38,514 bases of DNA, taken from NCBI GenBank assembly GCA_002633005.1, contig NMRA01000031.1, positions 1,194,801 through 1,233,314 on the forward strand, read 5' to 3'. Numbering within the stretch: the stretch's first letter is position 1; every line of letters starts with the position of its first letter. The translations under genes and the position numbers were made by a program. This stretch comes from Phoronis australis. Its lineage: Eukaryota; Animalia; Phoronida. Under the pieces are notes generated by a model that made no database searches, was not told the origin of the DNA, and saw nothing but the letters and a program-made list of their open reading frames with translations. Below are positions 1 to 12,600 of the stretch, one piece after another.

Positions 1-24
1 GGGTGGGTGTGTGGGGGTGGGTGA

Positions 25-147
25 TTGGCCAATGAAGGCATCCTATCACCTTATGTGGCCAGTGAAGGCATCCTATCACAGTATGTGGGCAATGAAGGCG
101 TCCTATCACCTTATGTGGCCAGTGAAGGCGTCCTATCACCTTATGTG
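25..147. repeat. Minisatellite, 30-bp unit x4
   Basis: gtggccartgaaggcrtcctatcaccttat repeated four times in an intron. Confidence 0.9.
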
Positions 148-419
148 TGTAACAGGCCAAACATGAAGAGATACCAAGTTGTTTCAAATGGCTTCATCTT
201 TTACAACCAAAGTTTCAACAATGCGCCAATGTTGCAGCATTCTCTAGATTTGTGTACTTGGGAATCAAATTTTAAGACTGCTTTGTGTCTTTACACAACA
301 ATTTTCTTTGTACAAGAGCATCGGATTGTATTAATAATTTACCTACTTCTACTTTAATTACTTTTGAATGTGATGAATGGCATTATTGTTGGACTTTAAC
401 TGATTTCTAATCATTATAG

Positions 420-645
420 TTGCCAGTGCCTGTACAAGAAAACCCTGCCACAATAGTGCAGTTTGTTTGAACAAACTGGGTGAAGACAACAGGTTATCCG
501 AGTACATATGTCTGTGTCCGGATGGAACCAGGTGGAACGGGTCTGCGTGTTTCAATCTGTCAGTAACCCCGCCTTCGTGTGCCAGTAATCCTTGTCTCCA
601 TGGCGGCACATGCCTGACCAATGAGAATCATGATGTCAAATGCAG
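420..645 (+). CDS. LRP1: LRP1-like exon 1 in window (EGF modules)
   Basis: tcattatag| acceptor, |gtgagt donor; ASACTRKPCHNSAVCLNK...CLCPDGTRWNGSAC...CASNPCLHGGTCLTNENHDVKCR. Confidence 0.88.
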
Positions 646-3600
646 GTGAGTTGTCATACAGGATACAAGACACAGCTTTTATTTAGTTGTACTGTTACTG
701 CTCTTTGATTTGGATTCTTTGAACACTGCATCACAATTCACACTCAGCGTAATGACATGGTTGATATCCATCTAACTGTTGTTAGTTTTATGCCTGATTA
801 TAACTTTTGAGAGGTAAGAAACAACGTGGGTTTCAGTCCACACTTCTTGGTGTCTTGATGCTAATATGTTACTGCACTACGCAGACCCGCCTGAGGTTGT
901 GTAAAACCCCATGCAGGTTGTTCATGTGTAGGGCTATAGACCTTGTGCAAGCTTATGCAACAAGATTGCGATTTTGTCCCATTTCCCTTGCTCAGTTGGG
1001 AAACTTGCAACTGAGCCGTATGTATCACCATAGTAGAAAGTTAATAAATTGCTTTAGATGGCGCTGTGGTCAACATTTCTTTTCTATGCCTATGGTCATT
1101 AGGAAGGTTGATTCGCTATTTTCGAGCAGGTTACCACTGTGTGACCTCTGTGTTGGTAATGTTGTTTTAAGGTCTATGATTATTCTTACAGCTGTCCACT
1201 GAACAATCGTGTTTTGATTGTCAAACTTGAGACCATGCAATTTTTATTGTTTGCAGGTGTTTAGATGGTTACTCTGGAGTACGATGTCAGATTGAGATGT
1301 GTAAGGATTACTGTCTGAATGGTGCGACATGTCATAGCGGCCCATCTCAAGTATCGTGTGTGTAAGTGTTGCGCTACTCTAGAATACCTGAGATAGGCCT
1401 TACAAAAGAAGATTTTCATTTGTGTATCGTGGTAGATATTAATTAAATACTTAACATTATTTTTGTTAGATGTGCCAAATTGATTGTTGGGTATTTAGCG
1501 TGATTACGCAATCACACAAAATTTCTGACAAAAATCAAGAATTACTGACAATTTGATAATGCACAACTGCAGCCATTTTGGATGAGTAAACAGGTCTGGT
1601 GATGATTCGCTGAAGGGTGAACATTTGTTAAAAAAAATCTGTAGTAGCGAACCCCCATCTAAACTTTGACAGAATTTAGTTATTTTTCACTGATTTAGGA
1701 CACAATATGTCCAACACATGGGAATTCATTTTGTCACATTTCTCCTCAAAAATGTTCCTCAACAAAACCATTTAATTAATAAGGTAATCTGTCTAATATA
1801 ATTTTGATAAAAACCACTCGTGGTAAACTTTTTACCTTCTATAACATTGCTGTCAGCCATATTTGAAAAATCAAAAAATACCATGTTGCCAATTACTTTT
1901 TGCGAAACAAGTGAAGAATTACCATACCCCATTTCTTATTGGAAGTTGATAGAACTATATTTGTATTCTATGATATGGCGATACACTTTTATTTTCAAGT
2001 GTTTACCTTGTGTTTAGTGTTATGACACTGTTTTTGTACGAGTCGGTGAAAATTACAGTTTTACTGGGAGGGGAAGCACAAGCAAGGTATCAGATTATAG
2101 ATATATTCTAGACACGTTGCATCACAGTTAACTCTAGGAGGCCTCTGGCATGTGTACATTAAACTGTTTAAATCTGCAATAAATAGATAAATATTCACAA
2201 AGTATAAGAACTGAGAAACAGTTTCCGTTGTCAGGTTAACTTCTGCATTCAGATCAGAGCTCGTCCTTGAATTTTAGAAATTTTCATTTTGGGGCAACCA
2301 TGGCTTGTTGCGTTCAACGTAGCACACTCACCTTGTGTCAATTTCTTGACAAACTGCAAACTAGTACGTCTCCTGCTTTAAACGCAATAAATTATTTTTA
2401 GGTATCTCTGATGACAATGTTTATAGACTTTATGCTTAATAACACGACTGATTTCAGCTGTCAGCCTGGCTATAGTGGGCATCGCTGTGAGATCTATGGT
2501 TGTCTTGGTTACTGTTACAACAATGGCTACTGTATGATCGAGCCAGTCAGCGGCCTGCCTACGTGTCTGTAAGTACCATAAAAACATGTTGATTTTGAGA
2601 ACTTGAAAAAATTTTATCTCAGAAATTAACAGGGGTCATGACTGAAGTTGTGGAAAAAACAACAATTTTGCATCTGATTCAGTGATTAGAGTATTATTTC
2701 TCAAATCAAAACTTCGCCACCTTTTGACAAATTCCAATTCATCGCATTTCATAGCTTGTCTTACCGTGGGAAGTTTTTAATGAGGATCACCTATGGCGTA
2801 GTCGGAATACGTGTCACTCGACATGTTGTTCAAGATGAGCCTGTGCTGAGTTCCCCCTGGATACTTCACTTACCTAACCTTGCACTTTCATTGCAACCTG
2901 TATGTTGCCTACGAGCAAAATAATTCCCAAACAAACATCGCGCGACTAATTTCCTAGAATTCACTGCATAAAGTGAAGCAAGTCGAATGTCAGCACGTTT
3001 TAATGTTTATCTCGTGCAGGTGTAATTACAAGTATAAAGGGGAGAGATGTGAAGTGAAGAAAGTTGACATCTGTGAGAACTATTGCTTCAATGGGGCTCC
3101 ATGCTTGCCAATCAACTCGCAGCCTCACTGTCGCTGTCTCCCATTCTACACGGGTTCGTTTATTGCTGTAAACTCTTGGCTCGACAGTTAGGGTGAAGGT
3201 TGTTACTTCCTAAGGTGGACATGTAATAACTCAATCTTGAGAGCTCGTAATGTTATTATGCCTTCAGTTTAAGTTATTTCCCCTATCATTATCCTCATCT
3301 GTTTAAGTTATCTCCCCTTGCATTATCCTCAACTGTGTAACTTGCTAGTAATTGGTATTTCTAAACTTTCTTTCCATTTTTGTTGTTGCAACTTTTGAGC
3401 CCGCTCGTAAAATCCTTAAAATCTCTCATTTCTATAGCACCTGATGCAGCAATGAAATACTAGATCTAATTTCTGATAGCAATTAGGAGAGCAAGCATCA
3501 GTCATTTCTGAAACACAATGCTCCAAAGTAAGCCGAGCTTTGATGTTTTTCTTCAAACTGGTAATGTTAGTAGGAAGCGTAATATTACATGTAAGTAGGA

Positions 3601-6600
3601 AGACGGTAACTCCAGATGTTGGCGTCACTGAGACTCAAATCCTCGCAGTGTTGCTCGTCTTGCTCAACTTGTGTATCCACTCTGTTATGTTCCTCTTGCA
3701 ATCACAGTTTTCCCTAAATATAAAGCTGTCATAAAAGAAGTTGTTACTTTTTTATTCAAAATTATTAAAAACTAAAGTTTCTTATTGTATACTGTGACTG
3801 TTGGTACCTCTTTCTACGTTTGTCTTTCTGTCACGCAGGCTCTCGTTGTGAGAAGTGCCAGTATAGGGAGAAAGTTACAGAGTGCAAAAATGGTGGCGTG
3901 TGTCACGTGACCCCGAGTCGGCCATTCCAACATCAGTGTGAGTGCACCGAGCTTTACGATAACCGCACAAACTGCAAGGACCCCCTGTGTGAGAACTACT
4001 GTCCCAAGGGGTCGGGCTGCCGTGTGGTGGAAGGACAGAGAAAGTGTTACTGCAAACCTAGCTACTGTAGTGGACATGGTGAGTTTGTGAGAGATGATCA
4101 GGTCTGTACATACCAATAGTACACTAGTGTGTGACGGATGATCAGGTCTGTACATACCAATAGTACACTAGTGTGTTATGGATGATCAGGTTTGTACATA
4201 TCAGTAGTACACTAGTGTGTTATGGATGATCAGGTTTGTACATATCAGTAGTACACTAGTGTGTTATGGATGATCAGGTTTGTACATACCAATAGTACAC
4301 TAGTGTGTGAGGGATGATCAGGTTTGTACATACCAATAGTACACTTATTTACTTCTTTCTCATGCTGTGCGCTCCTATGAATGAATCTCGCCATACTTAA
4401 AACAGCAATCAACGTTTCTTCCATCACAAAAACCTTCCTTTGATTTAGGCTCTTAAAGATTATGAAATTAGTTCCAAATTTTTCCTTTGTCATATCGGAG
4501 ATGATATCAGTGCTTCGAAAGATTTGACTGTTGGTTACTGTTTGAGATGAGGCTGTACAAGTTGGCTTGCACAGGCGAACCATGTTGTCACATTNGTACA
4601 CTAGTGTGTGACGGATGATCAGGTTTGTACATACCAATAGTACACTAGTGTGTTATGGATGATCAGGTTTGTACATATCAGTAGTACACTAGTGTGTTAT
4701 GGATGATCAGGTTTGTACATACCAATAGTACACTAGTGTGTGACGGATGATCAGGTTTGTACATACCAATAGTACACTTATTTACTTCTTTCTCATGCTG
4801 TGCGCTCCTATGAATGAATCTCGCCATACTTAAAACAGCAATCAACGTTTCTTCCATCACAAAAACCTTCCTTTGATTTAGGCTCTTAAAGATTATGAAA
4901 TTAGTTCCAAATTTTTCCTTTGTCATATCGGAGATGATATCAGTGCTTCGAAAGATTTGACTGTTGGTTACTGTTTGAGATGAGGCTGTACAAGTTGGCT
5001 TGCACAGGCGAACCATGTTGTCACATTAGCTTCCTTCATGAGATACCTGCGTCTACGAAACTAAACCAAGTTGTGATCAATTTTATTCCTTCCCAGAGTT
5101 CCCCCAAGCACCAACATGAGATACAGACATGCACCGAGCAAACCATTAAACATTCATTCTTTCCACGGGGGAAGATGGTTTTCCTACACAGGGAAGTTCA
5201 TTATGCATATCATCACTTTTATGCATAATTCTTTGGTTGCGAACAATCGTCATAATTTTAACTGTATGAAATTGTTGTATTTTTACAACTTTTTCCAAGA
5301 TGATTGTAAAAGCAAGTGAGAGTGATTGTGCCTCTTAGTTCCCAACAACAGAGGGCGTTTGGGAATGGAAGGTGTGAATCCGCCAACTATGCTCTGTGGT
5401 TATCTTCTTGTTCGCTCAGTAAAACCTACATTTGGGACACTTTGTTCTGGAAAAGATGCAGCGAATTTTTTCTGAAAAAATGGCTTGAAATGTCATTGCT
5501 TCTGTAGCAGGGACATGTTTTCATTGGAAAGCTTTTTCGGGATTTTGTACACCACTAGATTCCATTACTTAATGACCCTCAGATGACAAAAAGTTCCATG
5601 AGAAAAGTTAAATCCTACAGCAATATGTCATGTAAAAGCGCAGTTGGTAAAATCAGTTTTGAATTTCATTGGCAAAATCATGTGCCCGTGGTCTGCAGAA
5701 GAGTAGAATATGTGTGACCTTGACCTTCAGGTGGAATGTGTGGACTGCCATCAGCAGAAAAGAAAGAAATCCATTGACGTCAAACAGTAACAACTTGAAT
5801 CTTAAATGTAAATACAGTTGTTGAGGATAAAGTTCTTTGTTTTGTTATTAATCAGTGGATCTGTGTGTACTGTGAATTTTGTGCCCGTTACAGTGAAGTT
5901 GTTTCAGTTTCGCAGAAATGGGCCCAAATCGGAGCACCAACTCTATAGTGAGTTGAATGCGTATACTTCTGTCATAACTGCTGCGATGTCTGCTTACAGG
6001 TACCTGTCTTGTGAACCGAACTTCCTTGACCTGTGAGTGTGACCCTGGTTGGGCTGGCCCCACCTGTTCACAATTCTCCAACTGTGATCACTTGGTGTGT
6101 AAGAACGGTGGAACATGCGTACAACTCGGTGAGTTGCCTGCCTAGGGGGCGCTGTTAGCACTGTTGTGACTTGTTGAGTCATCTGCTTGTTAATTACTTC
6201 ATACTTCAGGTTTCCTTTATTTCTGTTCTAAAAATTATTGATTGTGAGGTATGTTTGTTCTAGTGTGTGGAATACGTATTGGAACATTCGAGGAAGAAGT
6301 GTACTCGTGGTAATACCAAGAGATGAAAATTTATGTCAACACCAGTGTTAGCCTACCTCCACCATTGTCCAGTGGTTGAGAATGCTGGAAATGTTCGGCC
6401 GTATTATCCTGGAATCCATTTTAACGCATTATTTCTCCATCCAGGTGGCTCAGCTGTCTGCCATTGTCGCCATGGGTTCAGTGGTGCCCAGTGTGAAGGG
6501 AGCGAATGTAGTCGACCGTGTGCCAATGGTGGCACTTGTACTGTCATTGAAGGGAAGATGGTCTGCCAGTAAGTGTGGGGTAACCTTACATCAATGTGGT

Positions 6601-9600
6601 ATTGTTGAAAGTCGTACACGCTAAGCTGGGAGATACAACCATGGACTGGGTATACAGAAGCATGCTGCTGAATGGAGTCATTTTAACAAACACTTACACT
6701 GTGATGTATTTTTGACCAAGGGTGGAATTTCCTGCGTCAGAAATTGCAGAAAGACGATCAACATTTTGGCAATGACAACATTGGGTCATAGGGCTCAATA
6801 ATTGTCTTTTTAAATGTCACGCATTGAGTTTACTATTTTTATGGTTTTAATCATAGAATAGTGTTTGCAAAAATGTAACTCTGCTTTACCAATTCCTTCT
6901 TCTTCAAAGCAAGTTCTATTGCTCTGTCCATCAATAGAAATCCTGTCGGTTTTCTTTTGAGGATAGTGGTTGGTGTAAAACTGGACTTTGATTCATTTCT
7001 CAATGAAAAGGAGTATTGTGAGATTACTACTTCTTCTTGAGCATATTCAGCTGATCAGTTTACTTAATCAATCGTTTTGAGTATTCTGAATAAATCACTG
7101 TTCACATTAAACGTTTGTTTTTAGCTGCACATCACAGTGGTCGGGGGTCAACTGTACGGAGTTCTCGCCCTGCAAAACGTACTGCTTCAACGGAGGTACA
7201 TGTGTTGGTTGTAACCCTGACACTCGGCACTGTGATCAGTGCAGGTGAGTGAACTAGCGACCAGGGATAATGATCCTAGGCTTAGAGTTCCACCATTTTG
7301 TATTATATGTTTGTAAATAAGTTCACCTGTTGTTTAAGTTTTGTGGAACCGTATCGACAATTGTATTTGTATATTTGTAACCACAAACTATAGATTTTAA
7401 TCGGTCAGTAAATGTTTTCTGAAATCAGAAAGCATTTAGAATTTGATTTTCTACTGTATATCAATCAGCCATTAGTTGGGCTTTGTGCCCATGTCTTTTT
7501 AGCTGAAATTAGCTGAAAAGGAAGGTATATTGATAGCAAAGCAACAGTACTAATGACATGACCAAATTTTGTTTACAACAAACGTTCAAGATAAAATTTC
7601 AAAAAACAGTGTCACAATTTTGTTAAATTTCACTTATCTCATACAGTTTTTGAGTTTTTTAGGACACTTATAAATTAAAGTCCATTTTTGATAGCCCCAG
7701 TGTTCTCCACAATACCAATTCCAAACTTGACGCAAATTTCTAGAGTTCAATATCAGTAGTCAACACTGTCTTTTCTCTAATCTACAGCCTTAACATCTCC
7801 ACTTTTGGTATTTACGGTATATATGTTTCAGAAATGTACACTGAACTGGTCAGGTGCAACCTACTTTTTGACACTTAGGCAGGGCTTACACGTGAAAACC
7901 GCAAAACGTACTCGAAGAGCCCAATTCAGCTGACGACTGTCTCACGAATAAAATAACTTGTTGTTAAAAGCATGTGGCCAGGAAGCGCGCGCTACATACC
8001 TGTCACTTGTCATCACATATATTATTAGTCTTCCGGAAACTACAGGTAGCATATCGGCAAAATATTAATATTGGCACTAATTTCAGAAAGTTTCTAATGC
8101 CGTAAAACTGTTGCGTTATTTTTAAGAGGGATTGCTTCATTAATCACTTGTTTAATGTATTCAAAATTTCGTAATTGGTGCTTTTAAAGTAAAATACCTG
8201 ATAAAATGCCCCACTGATAGTGGACACCTCCGCCCCCGAATCTCGCGGAAAATAACTCAGTCACCCCTCCAGTCACCCGGCGATTCAATGACATTCGACC
8301 TTAGGCCCTACTGAGACAATTCTCACACGTTTTAATAGCCGATGTGATAAGCAAGTGCTAAATAAAACGCGTTCTCGTCATACTGCTTGTGCTATTTCTT
8401 CAGTTACAATGCACACCTATTTACTCCGGCAAATGAACGCTGATGACACGCACGCGCTTGCTCACTCACACACGCAGATGATCTTCAAAACAAAGGTCAC
8501 GTGATTCTGACGTGTGTTCGTCCAGAGATTTTTCTCATGTTGTTGGGTACGATCTTGCGCAGATTTGAACCTATCTTGTTCTTAATACCGACTCCACTGG
8601 AACTTAAAATGTTAGGGACGCTATTTGGAAAACTTAAGTGAAGATTTGAGGTAATTTGTTGAGTCGAAACTATATTTTTGTTCAAGCTGTCCTGTCAACG
8701 ATCGCAAGGCAGTGACACATCGTCGAGTTTTCGCCCTGGGATTTCAGCACAATTTTTTGTGAAATAATCGTAATTTAACAACGAAGTTTGATAGCAATGC
8801 GCCACAGTTTTGTAGGAAATCTGTCATAGGCTATAGATACATCACGTAGCGTAAATTTGATGAATCCTAGATTTCGATGTCACCCGTTTCGGAAACTGGG
8901 TTTCAACCACCTTGGGTTACAATAAGCGCGTCACCCCGGAAACGAATTTTACTAAGCACCCCGGGTGCCTTATTACAGCGAATACGGTACTGTCAACTGC
9001 CTCTTAGTAAAGTGAATTATGTTTACTGTTGGTAAAATCAGGCTCTGATTTGATGCTGAGGGCTGAAGTGCCAAGCCAGCCAAGGTTTTAAACCTGATGC
9101 GGCAATTTTTAAACTTGACGCGCTTTCCCCAAACTCGACGCGGCAAAATCCAAACTCCTTATCGTGTCGAGTCAAAACAGGTCGTGGAGAACACTGACCC
9201 CCTCCCCCCCCCCTANNNNNNNNNNNNNNNNNNNNNNNNNNNNNNNNNNNNNNNNNNNNNNNNNNNNNNNNNNNNNNNNNNNNNNNNNNNNNNNNNNNNN
9301 NNNNNNNNNNNNNNNNNNNNNNNNNNNNNNNNNNNNNNNNNNNNNNNNNNNNNNNNNNNNNNNNNNNNNNNNNNNNNNNNNNNNNNNNNNNNNNNNNNNN
9401 NNNNNNNNNNNNNNNNNNNNNNNNNNNNNNNNNNNNNNNNNNNNNNNNNNNNNNNNNNNNNNNNNNNNNNNNNNNNNNNNNNNNNNNNNNNNNNNNNNNN
9501 NNNNNNNNNNNNNNNNNNNNNNNNNNNNNNNNNNNNNNNNNNNNNNNNNNNNNNNNNNNNNNNNNNNNNNNNNNNNNNNNNNNNNNNNNNNNNNNNNNNN

Positions 9601-12600
9601 NNNNNNNNNNNNNNNNNNNNNNNNNNNNNNNNNNNNNNNNNNNNNNNNNNNNNNNNNNNNNNNNNNNNNNNNNNNNNNNNNNNNNNNNNNNNNNNNNNNN
9701 NNNNNNNNNNNNNNNNNNNNNNNNNNNNNNNNNNNNNNNNNNNNNNNNNNNNNNNNNNNNNNNNNNNNNNNCAGGGCTTGGAATTTTCCGCGGAAACGCG
9801 GATTTCCGCTTTTTTCAAATGTGCTTTCCGCTTTTTTTATAATATTTCCGCGTAAAGAAATCGGATTTGATATAAAATTTCTGCGGCAAATTCCTTTCTT
9901 ACTGCGGCGTTGCAGACGACGTTCACCTCGAAAGCGGAAGTTGCTCTTTATGTTTCGGAGGAACGTAAAATTGTCAACATTGCTGGGGCATCTGGGACAG
10001 CGTGGTTGGATTTTCAATGGCGTCTCGTGTTATTGTTAAGCGCGGCGACAAATACTACCGCTCTGCAGCCAAAAATGTGTGGGTTGGGAGTGGACGGGCG
10101 AGTCAAAAGGACGCAGACGCATGCTACTGATGGTAGTAACATTTTTTTTTTTTTTTTTTAGTCCTCCCGATTTTTGTCGGGGAAAGGTTCACATCGACCA
10201 TTTCAAAGCTGGTTATCGGGCATGATTTGGGGCGTAAAAGTTTCAAAGTTTCCGCGTTTTTTGTCATTGGTCATTCCAAGCCCTGAACTTGAATCTTATA
10301 TGTAAATACAGTTGTTGAGGATAAAGTTCTTTGTTTTGTTATTAATCAGTGGATCTGTGTGTACTGTGAATTTTGTGCCCGTTACAGCGAAGTTGTTTCA
10401 GTTTCGCAGAAATGGGCCCAAATCAGAGCACCAACTCTAGTAGGGTGAGTTGGGCATGTATACTTCTGTCATAAGTGCTGTGATGTCTGCTTACAGGTAC
10501 CTGTCTTGTGAACCGAACATCCTTGACCTGTGAGTGTGACCCTGGTTGGGCTGGCCCCACCTGTTCACAATTCTCCAACTGTGATCACTTGGTGTGCAAG
10601 AACGGTGGAACATGCGTACAACTCGGTGAGTTGCCTGTCTGCCTGCCTAGGGGGCGCTGTTAGCACTGTTGTGACTTGTTGAGTCATGTGCTTGTTAATT
10701 ACTTCATACTTCAGGTTTCTTTTATTTCTGTTCCATAGCTAGTTATCTAAAAATTATTGATTGTGAGGTATGTTTGTTCTAGTGTGTGGAATACGTATTG
10801 GAACAATCGAGGAAGAAGTGTACTCGTGGGAATACCAAGAGATGAAAATTCATACTCATGTCAACACCAGTGTTAGCCTGCCTTCACCATTGTTTGGCGG
10901 CACGTCTCATCTTCTAGCTGTTCTATGGGAGAACCGCTGAACTGTGTGTAATCCAGTGGTTGAGAATGCTGGAAATGTTCGGCCGTATTATCCTGTAATC
11001 CATTTTAACGCATTATTTCTCCATCCAGGTGGCTCAGCTGTCTGCCATTGTCGCCATGGTTTCAGTGGTGCCCAGTGTGAAGGGAGCGAATGTAGTCGAC
11101 CGTGTGCCAATGGTGGCACTTGTGTTGTCGTTGAGGGGAAGATGGTCTGCCAGTAAGTGTGGGGTAACCTTTCATCAATGTGGTGTTTTTGAAAGTCATA
11201 CACGCTAAGCTTGGGGATACAACCATGGACTGGGCATACAGAAACATTTCACTGAATGGAGTCATTTTAACGAACGCTTACACTGTGATGTATTTTTGAC
11301 CGAGGGTAGAATTTCCTGCGTCAGAAGTTGCAGAAAGACGATCAACATTTTGGGAATGACAACATTGGGGCATAGGGCTCAATAATTGTCTTTTTAAATG
11401 TCACGCATTGAGTTTACTATTTTTATGGTTTTAATCATAGAATAGTGTTTTTAAAAATGTAACTCTGCTTTACCGATTCCTTAATACCTTCTTCAAACCA
11501 AGTTCTATTGCTCTGTCCATCAATAGAAATCCTGTCGGTTTTTCTTTTGAGGATATTGGTTGGTGTAAAACTGGACTTTGATTCATTTCTCAATGAAAAG
11601 GGTATTGTGAGATAAGTACTTCTTCTTGAGCATTTTTGGCTGATCAGTTTACTTAATCAATCGTTTTGAGTATTCTGAATAAATCACTGTTCACATTAAA
11701 CGTTTGTTTTTAGCTGCACATCACAGTGGTCGGGGGTAAACTGTACGGAGTTCTCGCCTTGCAAAACGTACTGCTTCAACGGAGGTACATGTGTTGGTTG
11801 TAACCCTGACACTCGGCACTGCGATCAGTGCAGGTGAGTGAACTAGCGACCAGGGATAATGATCCTAGGCTTAGAGTTCCACCATTTTGTATTATATTTG
11901 TGGGACCGTATCGACAATTGTATTTGTGTATCTGTAACCACAAATTATAGATTTTAATCGGTCAGTAAATGTTTTCTGAAATCAGAAAGCATTTGGAATT
12001 TGATTTTCTACTGTATATCAATCAGCCATTAGTTGGGCTTCGTGCCCATGTCTTTTTAGCTGAAATTAGGTGAAAAGGAAGGTATATTGATAGCAAAGCA
12101 ACAGTACTAATGACATGACCAAATTTTGTTTACAACAAACGTTCAAGATGAAATTTCAAAAAACAGTGTCACAATTTTGTTAATTTTCACTTATCTCATA
12201 CAGTTTTTGATTTTTTTAGGACTCTTATAAAAGTCCATTTTTGATAGCCCCAGTGTTCTCCACAATACCAATTCCAAACTTGATGCAAATTTCTAGAGTT
12301 CAATATCAGTAGTCAACGCTGTCTTTTCTCTAATCATAGCCTTAACATCTCCACTTTTGGTATTTACGGTATATATGTTTCAAAAATGTACACTGAACTG
12401 GTCAGGTGTGACCTACTTTTTGACACTTAGGTAGGGCTTACACGTGAAAACCACGAATCGTAATCGAAGAGCCCAATTCAGCTGACAACTGTCTCACGAA
12501 TAAAATAACTTGTTGTTAAAAGTACATGGCCAGGAAGCGTGCGCTACATACCTATCACTTGTCATCGCAGACATTATCAGTCTTCCGGAACTATCCATGA

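Larger units (their letters stand above)
5792..9215 (+). repeat. Segment copy A (exons 6-8 plus introns), duplicated at 10286-13740
   Basis: Colinear high identity with scattered SNPs and indels; ends at the N-gap. Confidence 0.92.

Noticed and set aside
25-357. 110-aa ORF with a 10-residue repeat
   Set aside because: Translation of an intronic 30-bp minisatellite with a non-ATG start
1440-2020. Repeat-like intronic segment (also ~5030-5730 and ~34400-34950)
   Set aside because: Composition suggests old DNA-transposon remnants, but I could not define termini or TSDs
9097-10039. Long ORFs of 201-291 aa
   Set aside because: They only read through the N-gap
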